Source: Mobula hypostoma (lineage: Eukaryota). Taken from it: a stretch of 64,000 bases of DNA. The stretch spans positions 13,082,001 through 13,146,000 of the forward strand of contig NC_086110.1 of the NCBI RefSeq assembly GCF_963921235.1, given 5' to 3'. This document shows, one piece after another, positions 54,740 to 64,000 of the stretch. The notes under the pieces are model-generated. The model saw nothing but the letters and a program-made list of their open reading frames with translations, ran no database searches and was not told where the DNA came from. Numbering within the stretch: position 1 is the first letter of the stretch; the number at the start of each line of letters is the position of its first letter. The position numbers and the translations under genes were made by a program.

Positions 54740-54925
54740 AACATAGAAACATAGAAAATAGGTGCAGGAGTAGGCTATTCGGCCCTTCGAGCCTGCACCG
54801 ACATTCAGTATGATCATGACTGATCATCCAACTCAGAACCCTGTACCACCCTTCCCTCCATACCTCCTGATCCCTTTTAAATATAGCCAATGAACTGGCC
54901 TCAACTGTTTCCTGTGCAGAGAATT
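54740..54925 (-). mobile_element. Short CR1 3' fragment
   Basis: catagaaacatagaaaataggtgcaggagtagg tail, as at 35291 and 44428. Confidence 0.8.
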
Positions 54926-55467
54926 TGTAGCTGTAGCTTTGGATTTTTAACATCAGCTGAATATCTTGTATTTATAAAGTTTATGCTGCCTAGGATTACA
55001 AATTGCAATTATTCGATGTTCTTAGAAAAATATTCGAATATTTTAAACAGGTATTTAACTGATATAAAATGGTGGACATACATTTTTTGTTTTTGAATGA
55101 CATATCATGAGTACAGGAACACATACTTTTCAGAAATAGCTTTACAAGTAACTTACTTAAGTTAATTTTCTTACTTTTCACTTAAGCGTTAAACGCGATA
55201 ACGGGGGTATCTACAACTACTCGCTTGAGGCGGTGAAACTTCTGACCGCATAGAGTTTCCATGATGTCACCAGCCAACCGTGAGTGCAGTTACTTTGCTC
55301 TGTGTGTTGTCTCATTTAGCTAATACATCTGTACTTGGTGCATGTTGTCATTGCAAATGCAGGAAACTTCGCACTTGAGAATTTAAAATCGCTTTTCGCA
55401 CGCAGAATATGTGCCTCTTTCGACAAATGATTTATATTGCCATCAAGTCAGAAGAGAGGAAAGCACA

Positions 55468-55492
55468 ACCACACACACACACACACACACAC
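55468..55492. repeat. (CA)n microsatellite
   Basis: Direct reading. Confidence 0.9.
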
Positions 55493-56044
55493 AATATTGC
55501 ACAATAGGTTCTTTACATGTAGCATGAACATTTATTTAGATATAGTTTTAAAATCGTTACCATATCTTGATGGAGCATAGCAAAAAGAATAATTTAAAAC
55601 ACATTCTGATAGGTTACCAAAACGAGTACAAAAGTGAAGAAAAACAATAAATTCCAGAGTTAACGTTTGGCATTTTTCGGCGTGGAAAAGAAACGATTAT
55701 TTGGGGTTGGGGAATGGGGTACACCGCAATTCAGCCGAAGTAAACTTTTAGCTCTGGCCCTTGAAAAGGGGATAGAATCTCGAGGAACAAAATCAAAGAG
55801 GGATTTGAATGGATGGATGACAATTATAAAATCCGTGTTTAACTTCGCTAACTGGCAGAGTGGGTCGGTTTCAGACAAACCGGTCTCATGCGCAAATCAC
55901 GCAATCACGCAGTGATGTAGACCAACTCTTAGAATTAGTCATCCACATTGGCCCGGATATATATAGTCCCACAGTGATGTTCTCTCGCCCAGGAGTGCAC
56001 AAAGAAGCACAAAGTCAGACATTATAAGTCAGATAAGTCAGATC

Positions 56045-57040
56045 AGTACTGGGTCCATTGTTATTTGTCATCTATATCAATGATCTGAATGATAATGTGG
56101 TAAATTGGATCAGCAAGTTTGCTGATGATACAAAAATTGGAGGTGTAGTAGACAGTGAGGAAGGTTTTCAGAGCCTGCAGAGGGACTTGGACCAGCTGGA
56201 AAAATGGGCTGAAAAATGACAGATGGAGTTTAATACTGACAAGTGTGAGGTATTGCACGTTGGAAGGAGAAACCAAGGTAGAACATACAGGGTTAATGGT
56301 AAGGCACTGAGGAGTGCAGTGGAACAGAGGCATCTGGGAATACAGATACAAAATTCTCTAAAAGTGTCGTCACAGGTAGATAGGGTCGTAAAGAGAGCTT
56401 TTGGTACATTGGCCTTTATTAATCGAAGTATTGAGTATAAGAGCTGGAATGTTATGATGAGGTTGTATAAGGCATTGGTGAGGCCGAATCTGGAGTATTG
56501 TGTTCAGTTTTGGTCACCAAATTACAGGAAGGATATAAATAAGGTTGAAAGAGTGCAGAGAAGGTTGACAAGGATGTTGCCGGGACTTGAGAAACTCAGT
56601 TACAGAGAAAGGTTGAATAGGTTAGGACTTTATTCCCTGGAGCGTAGAAGAATGAGGGGAGATTTGATAGAGGTATATAAAATTATGATGGGTACAGATA
56701 GAGTGAATGCAAGCAGGCTTTTTCCACTGAGGCAAGGGGAGAAAAAAAAACAGAGGACATGGGTTAAGGGTGAGGGGGGGGGGAAGTTTCAAGGGAACAT
56801 GGGGGGGGGCTTCTTCACACAGAGAGTGGTGGGAGTATGGAATGTGCTACCAGACGAGGTGGTAAATGCGGGTTCTTTTTTAACATTTAAGAATAAATTG
56901 GACAGATACATGGATGGAAGGTGTATGGAGGGATATGGTCCGTGTGCAGGTCAGTGGGACTAGGCAGAAAATGGTTCGGCACAGCCAAGAAGGGCCAAAG
57001 GGCCTGTTTCTGTGCTGTAGTTTCTATGGTTCTATGGTTC
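56045..57040 (+). mobile_element. CR1 3' part (RT C-terminus plus tail)
   Basis: ORF 56223-56963; close to the 14255-15605 copy. Confidence 0.9.
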
Positions 57041-57439
57041 TATTAGTCTCCATCTACTCGGACGGCAATACTCTGTTTGAAACTGTTCAATACGATTGCT
57101 TTCCCAGCTCCATAGCCAGGAAAGTCGACCAATCATTGCACAGTCTCAGTGACAGTGACCCGAAATATTCTGAATTATAAAGACACTTTAATTGCTAGGA
57201 CACAGCATGTCCGCACATCTAAATTTCTTAACAGTACCATCTTCATACTGATGCACCCGTTGTTCACGATACACTTTTTCACTCATCTTGCATTCACTTA
57301 CGTTCCTCCAAAACTATGTGGTGTCGTACGGGGCATGTTCTAGTGATCTATCGTCCAGGGCTCAGGACCCACCTTTATTCAGGTGCCTCAGTGCTTGAAA
57401 TTTACGATCGCCAAGCTCAGACACAGTATGCTGTTGTTG

Positions 57440-58260
57440 ATGATGATGATTATTATTGTTATTATTGTTATTGTTTCAAGCTAGTAAAGCTTGAAGTACG
57501 AGCATAGGCAAGCAAGCTAATTTCTCAACTGCCAGCAAAGTTCGGACTGGTGTTTAGTATTGTGGCTTTCTGGAGATTGCTATAAATACTGCTGTGTAGA
57601 CCGAGTTGTTATGACTTTGGGATGATATCAGTTATGGATATCACTATTTGGACAAGGTATACCCTGTTCATGTTCCATAGTCTTTTAATTTTCTCTTTTA
57701 ATTTCAGGTGATTTTTACTCATTGATTTCTGTATATTGTTTGTGCTTGGACTAGCTATATCTATTAGGTAAGTTGTTTTTGTTTGTTTATCCTGTAATAT
57801 TTATATTCGGACTGTTATTATAAATGGACCTAACTGTAATAACGGATTAGCTGTAATATAGCTTGTGCGACTCTGACTATAAAATTGAACCAAACTCGTA
57901 TTTATCGTAAGGTATGGTTCCACTTCTGATTTGAAATTTAAAGCAAGATTTTGGTCAAGAACGTTTGTCGCTCGATTGCCCCATGTGAGTAATCGGATTG
58001 ACTTCAACTGCTGCAAGATCCTGCAATGTGTTGGATTGTTTCTGGTTTCTCTTGGCATTTTCTGCATGAATCGTCTTACTTTTGTTGGTTTTCCTATTCT
58101 GTATCTTTGGTATTTTTTTCTGTTAACCAGCTGATTATGTTTTGTCACGAGGAAGTACTTTGTTCTGAGAAGATGTCTCCAACTCTGAGCCAGGCATTCG
58201 ACGCTTCCTTGATGACATCTAATCTGCCCAGATCCCGGGGATGGCTCCAAGGACGGTCAT
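57440..58260 (-). mobile_element. R4/Dong-like RLE retrotransposon 3' relic, copy 2
   Basis: Minus strand gives QHIAGSC, RLWNMNRVYLVQIVISITDIIPKS, QLGLHSSIYSNLQKATILNT; ends in (TAA/CAA/CAT)n. Confidence 0.72.
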
Positions 58261-58446
58261 ATTTTTCCATTAGCTAAGTTTTATATTTCTTCTAGAGTGA
58301 TCATTTTTTCATTTTTCTGGTCTGTGCTTTAATTTCAGTTTAGAATGGGGTTTTTCTTATCAGAATCGTACGTGCTCGCCTGGAATACTGAATCCTGTTT
58401 TCAGTGATGGAAAAACATCCTTAGAAGTTTTATCTGACTACTGTGC

Positions 58447-59502
58447 TGTCAGGTACCCCGTGACGGGGATACAGAACCAGCAGAAATAGAAACCACTTTG
58501 GATTCTCGTATTGTCGTAGACTAATAATATTCATTAGTAACTACACAATACAGGTAATATCAAAGTAAATAAATCACACAGGTTAGCAATGATTATATAT
58601 AAAAGTAAGTGTGAAATATATATGTATGAAAAATAACAAGCTTCCTTAAGTCTAGGGGTAAAAAGATACAGCCTTACGATGTTGATTAAAGTTCAGTTCA
58701 GTTCGTGGTATTTAGNNNNNNNNNNNNNNNNNNNNNNNNNNNNNNNNNNNNNNNNNNNNNNNNNNNNNNNNNNNNNNNNNNNNNNNNNNNNNNNNNNNNN
58801 NNNNNNNNNNNNNNNNNNNNNNNNNNNNNNNNNNNNNNNNNNNNNNNNNNNNNNNNNNNNNNNNNNATGCCGTCGATCTTCTCGTCGTCCTTCGAAATCC
58901 TTTACAAGTCTTCGACTGTGACTTTAACCAGGGGGACCCGTCTTCTGCGGTGGAGCTATCACCCAGGCGAGGGTGGACACATAGACAACTCCCACCTGCC
59001 AACCCCTTCTTCGGCGGTGGAATAGCAATTTGGATCGATCGGCATGATCGATCCTCCAAAACCCCCTTTCTCTGCGGGCACAACAATGCCCATTCAGTGT
59101 CCAGATGATGTTTCTGAGGTCTGTATCATCTGACCTCTCATTTATTTCACCAGGCTGAGCATCACCTGTCATTCAATGAGTCCCTCTTTCCTTTGTCTGT
59201 AAAGGAGTGCACAAGCAGACAACAAGTCCTTGAAGAAATATCAACAATCTGCCTTTCGTCGCCATAGCACCCTTCGAGCTGCTCTGTGTTGTCTCCAACT
59301 CCAAACTCAGTAGAAATCCAAAGTTACTTCCAATGCCTTAAAGTGACAGTCCAACCGTTATTCTTTGTCTCTCTCTCTCTCTTTTTCAAAAGCAACACAT
59401 CGGTAGTAAATAACTCTGTCTCTCCCTCCTTTCGAAACAAACCATCTATAATAAATGTCTCTCTCCAAACAGTTTATAGGGGCTCTCCTGGATCCCCTCA
59501 CA
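58447..59502 (-). mobile_element. 3' LTR of the Gmr1-like element
   Basis: Polypurine tract GAGGAAGGGGAG immediately before TGTGA at 59502; TGACA end at 58447. An N gap lies inside, so continuity is unproven. Confidence 0.7.
58716..58866. other. Assembly gap (151 N)
   Basis: Direct reading. Confidence 0.99.
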
Positions 59503-59729
59503 CTCCCCTTCCTCAGGGAAAAAAAATTGTCGAAGACGATTTTTTTTAAAAGGTCCATCACAGGGTTTTAAACAATACAGGGAAAAACCATCAGATGAAA
59601 GAGCAAAAATGGTTACAGGTTTCAACTTAACATCGGGCTAAGCAATCAGCTATGATGTTATCAGTACCATTTACATGTTTGATTTTTAATTTACCCTCCT
59701 GCAAAATCGGACTCCACTTTAACAATCTT

Positions 59730-60554
59730 AGACCATAATACCATAAGACAAGGAAGCAGAAGTAGGCCATTCGGCCCATCTAGTCTGCTCCGCATTTTAG
59801 CATGAGCTGATCCATTTTCTCCCATTTAGTCCCACTCCCCCGCCTTCTAACCATAACCTTTGATGACCTGGCTACTCAGATACCTATCAATCTCTACCTT
59901 AAATACACCCAATGACTTGGCCTCCACTGCTGCCCGTGGCAAAAAAATTCCATAGATTCACCACCCTCTCACTAAAAATTTTTTTTCACATTTCTGTTCT
60001 GAAAGGGCGCCCTTCAATCCTTAAATCATGCCCTCTCGTACTGGACTCCCCCATCATGGGAAACAACTTTGCCACATCCACTCTGTCCATGCCTTCTAAC
60101 ATTCGAAATGTTTCTATGAGGTCTCCCCTCATTCTTCTAAACCCCAAGGAATACAGTCCAAGAGCGGACAAACGTTCCTCATATGTTAACCCTCTCATTC
60201 CCAGAATCATTCTAGTGAATCTTCTCTGTACGCTCTCCAACGTCAGCACATCCTTTCTTAAATAAGGAGACCAAAACTGCCCACAGTACTCCAAATGCGG
60301 TTTCACAAGCCCCTTATAGAGCCTCAACACCACATCCCTGCTCATAATCCCTATTCCTCTAGAAATGAATGCCAACATTGCATTCGCCTTCTTCACTACT
60401 GACTCAACCTGGAGGTTAACTTTAAGGTTATCCTGTACGAGGACTCCCAAGTCCCGTTGCATCTCAGAACTTTGAATTCTTTCCCCATTTAAATAATAGT
60501 CTGCTCGTTTATTTTTTCTGCCAAAGTGCATAACCATACACTTTCCAACATTGT
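59730..60554 (-). mobile_element. 5'-truncated CR1 inserted into the RNase H of the Gypsy element
   Basis: AATCTT direct repeat at 59724-29 and 60555-60. RNase H reads ...KNRRL on one side and LKWSPILQE on the other. Confidence 0.88.
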
Positions 60555-63500
60555 AATCTTCTATTCTTATCCTTCATCTTAGTTAGAAAAATCAACGGAT
60601 TATAACCCATCTAAACCAGAAGTGGTCGCTGAGCAGCAGAAAGGTTTTGAGGTCGCTGATCATAGGCCTCAAAATATTGTCAAGCCAGAATAAGTGCTAG
60701 TAATTCCTTTTGAATCGTTGAATATTTTTTCTGGTGTACATTAAAGTTCTTTGAGACATAAGCTACTGGGTGTTCAATGTCATTCACTCCCTTCTGTAAC
60801 AGTTCTGCCCCTGCAGCTTCGTCACTAACACCTGTTGTTATAGAAACTGGCTTTGAAAAATCAGGTTCTTTGAACACAGGATGATAACACAGGATGGTGT
60901 CCAGACGTTCAAAATGCTTCCTGGCAAATGTCACTCCATTCAAACCTTTCACTCTTCCCTAGGAGCTTTGTTAAGGGGAGAGCGATGTCAGCAAAGTTCT
61001 TACATATTTTTTTATAATACCCAACCATCCCTAAAAACCTTCTCAAAACTTTCTTGCTCGTTGGAACAGGAACTTCAGGAATTGCTTGAACCTTGGCCTG
61101 CACAGGAGCCAGCTGGCCTTGGCCCACCACATACCCCAGGTATGTGACTGTGGCATGGCCAAATTCACTTTTAACAAGGTTCACCGTAAGAATGGTCTTA
61201 GAAAGTCTGTCAAACAGTTTCTCTGCCGCTGCAATATGTCCATCCCATGTGTTACTCCAGACCACTAGGTCATTAATATAAGCCTCTGTGTTTTCTAACA
61301 CTTTAATCACCGAATTGATCATTCTCTGAAATGTCCCTGGTGCATTTTTCATCCCGAAGGGCAACACATTGTATTCATACAGCCCTGACGGTGTAACAAA
61401 CGCTGAGTTCTCTCTGGCTCTGTCAGTCAATGGAACACACCAGTATCCCTTCAGCAGATCAATCTTCGTGAGGTACTTAGCCTTTCCCACTTTATCAACA
61501 CAGTCATCCACTCTGGGGATAGGATAAGCATCCATCTTGGTTATGGCATTAATTTTCCGGTAGTCAGTACAGATTCTCATGCTACCATCCCGTTTAGACA
61601 CAAGGATGCATGGTGTCGCCCAGTCTGAGGTAGCTGGCCAAAAAATTGCGGTTGCTAGCATGTACCCGATCTCTTTTTCAACTTCTTTATTTTTCTCGAA
61701 GTTCATTCTGTAAGGATGCTGTTTAATGGGTTCAGCTGAATTAAGAATGACATCATGCACTACCCTAGTGCATCGTTTTGGTGTGTCTGGAAATAAATCT
61801 TTGTGCTTCCGAATTAGCTCCTGCAATTGCTCTGTTTGTGCTGGCCCCAAATGACAAACCTTATCAGTAAGGTCCTTTAAGATAAGAGAATTTGTAAGTC
61901 TCGTGGACACAGTACTCAGTTTAGTGAAATATTTTTTTTTCCTCATTATCAAATTCCTCAGCCCCCTTTGTTTTCGTGGTCATACCTACTGGCACCGCCT
62001 CAGAATGATGATACGGGTTCAACATATTAATGTGAACCAGCTGCGTGGCCTTCCTCTTATCAGGAGTTTCAATAACATAATTCAAAGAATCAATTTTCTT
62101 CACTATGTGGTATGGCCCATGGAATTTTGCTTGGAGGAGACTGGTCACAAGAGAGAACAGCACCAGTACTTTGTTTCCAACTTCAAACACTTGGTCCCTC
62201 GCTCCCGTATCAAACCACTGTTTCATTTTAATTTGGGAGTGCTGCAGATTCTACCTGGCAAGGTCGCAGGCCTTGTTAAGCCTTTCTCAGAATTTTAAAA
62301 CACACACATCTGGGTTAGACCATTGCTCCCTAAACAGGGTCAAAGGTCCTTTGGGCCTATGGCCAAAAATGAGTTCGAACGGGCTGAACCCCAGGGACTC
62401 TTGAATGGTGTCGGTCACAGCAAAAAGTAGTAAGTGTATCCCCTCATCCCAATCCTTATCATTCTCATGGCAGTAGGTCTTAATCATAGTTTTTAAAGTG
62501 GAATGAAACCTCTCCAGAGCCCCTTGAGACGCGGGGTGGTAGGCAAATGACACAATCTGTTGAGCACCCAGCTCAGACACTACTTGCTGGAATATTTTTG
62601 AAGTGAAGTTGCTGCCCTGGTCAGATTGAATTTATTTGGGTAACCCTACCAGCGCGAAATAATTGCTGAGTGCTATTACCACAGTCTTGGCCTGGATGCT
62701 TCTGGGAGGCACAGCTTCCGGGAATCTAAAGGCATCACACATTATTGTTAACAAATACTGATGACCAGCTGCAGTCTTTGGCAAAGGGCCTACACAATCC
62801 ACTATGACCCTGGAAAAAGGTTCACCAAAAGCAGGGATTGGGCTAAGTGGTGCTTTTGGAATGGCCTGGTTAGGTTTTCCCACTGCCTTACACATATGAC
62901 ATCCTCTGCAGTAATTGACAATATCTCTCCTCATGTTAGGCCAATAAAACTCCCTCAGGATCCTGTGCACAGTCTTTTTTATTCCAAAATCTCCCCCTAA
63001 AGGCAACTTATGGGCCAGGTTTAAAATTTCAACCCTATAAACCTTTGGAACCACCACCTGGTGCACAATAGCCCAATCCTCACTCGCAGGCACAGTGGCT
63101 GGTCTCCACTTCCTCATTAACATCCCCTCCTTAATTAATACCCCACTGTTTCTTTCTGAATCTCCTCCTCAGGGAGAGCTGTCTCTTTTAAAGCCACAAC
63201 TTCTGGATCTTTATTCTGCTCCTCTATAAGCTCCTTCCTTGACAAGGACAGGTCTTTCCTCTCCTCCTTGCTCTCCTCAGCCTTACTACCCCCTAAATCC
63301 TGTTGATATAAGGACGGTAGGAAAGTCTCAGATAAATCAATATTAGCAGCAGCCTTTCTGGACATTGTTCGTGTCACTGCACATGCGGGATACACATCAG
63401 CATCTTTGGGCGGGTCCTCAGCAGCAGCAGGCTTGCTTGTCAGCTGAATTGCTGGGTAAACTTCCCCACCTGCAAGGTCATTACCGAGTAAGACATCAAC

Positions 63501-64000
63501 ATGGTCTATCGGTATCTCAGATCGGACCCCTATTATGACTGGTTTCGACACCAAGTCACATTTCAAGATTATCTTATGCAAGGGCACGTCCTCTGCTCCA
63601 TTTCCAATGCCATTAATGATGTTTACTTCTCGAGTGTCTGTCTCCGCACCAAATTCCAAAACATTCTTTAATATCAGTGACTGGAAAGCTCCATTATCTC
63701 TCCATATTTTAACTGGGACTGGGTTTGACCCCTCCTTCACAGACTCAAACCCTTCTAAAATAAACCTATCGAGTCCTTCCTGAACTCGATTCGACGCCTT
63801 TTTCCTCAGCGGTATTTTAGCCATCTGAACACAGCCAGTTGGGGTTTTCTCTTTCTCCTTTCCTTTCCCCCTTTTCGTAGCAAAACAATTCGACGCCACA
63901 TGGCCAGGTTTTCCACAAGAATAACACTTAAAACTGGGAAATTTTTCCCCCAACTGTTTCCCTTCCTCCTTACTTTTAACACTAATCCCTGGTTTACTTT

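Larger units (their letters stand above)
58447..64000 (-). mobile_element. Gmr1-type Ty3/Gypsy LTR retrotransposon (Gag knuckle-PR-IN-RT-RH), degenerate, extends beyond the window
   Basis: CYSCGKPGHVASNC, RDNGAFQSLI (PR), H-H-C-C zinc finger with IVDCVG, SDQGSNF and GALERFH (IN), GPY, then RT (TDYRKINA, DLLKGYW, PFGMKNAP, YINDL), then RNase H (GAELLQ, ELLAL, DNIIADCL*) ending at 59627. Confidence 0.92.

Noticed and set aside
55970-56007. RSS-like motif: perfect heptamer CACAGTG, 22-nt spacer, then ACAAAGAAG
   Set aside because: The nonamer matches only 6/9. The upstream sequence has no V exon (no YYC; stops in the frames with EGFEWM and GRFQ look-alikes) and there is no opposing RSS for a D segment.
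31660-58100. Apparent segmental duplication with hydrophobic 'exons' at 31.7-32.4 kb and 57.5-58.1 kb
   Set aside because: Minus-strand translation shows both are 3' relics of an R4/Dong-like retrotransposon.

Overview
Eukaryotic, repeat-dense vertebrate genomic DNA. The CR1, Rex/Babar, Penelope and V-SINE repertoire suggests a cartilaginous fish (inference). I can support only one host gene: a minus-strand, seven-exon immunoglobulin-superfamily receptor (CDS 21085 to 6968, 344 aa) whose splice phases are all compatible and whose frame is open. Its architecture is leader, short V domain with a germline J-like G strand, C1-set domain, uncharged TM, then a cytoplasmic tail ending in a SIRP-alpha-like LTYAAL...LYADV tyrosine pair. 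The V domain resembles CD79a in cysteine spacing and has the extra 'SCGT' cysteine. The last two tail exons look like a duplicated tyrosine module that could give alternative C-termini. The rest of the window is a transposon graveyard: many CR1 LINEs, Rex/Babar, a BovB-like RTE, two R4/Dong-like relics at (TAA)n tracts, Penelope-like elements with inverted pseudo-LTRs and nested CR1s, an IR/DR Tc1, a Chapaev3-like transposase fossil, two solo LTRs with internal tandem arrays, and a Gmr1-type Gypsy element (integrase before RT) running off the right edge. There is one 151-N assembly gap. Family assignments rest on remembered motifs, not database searches. Repeat boundaries are approximate unless a TSD or terminal motif is cited.
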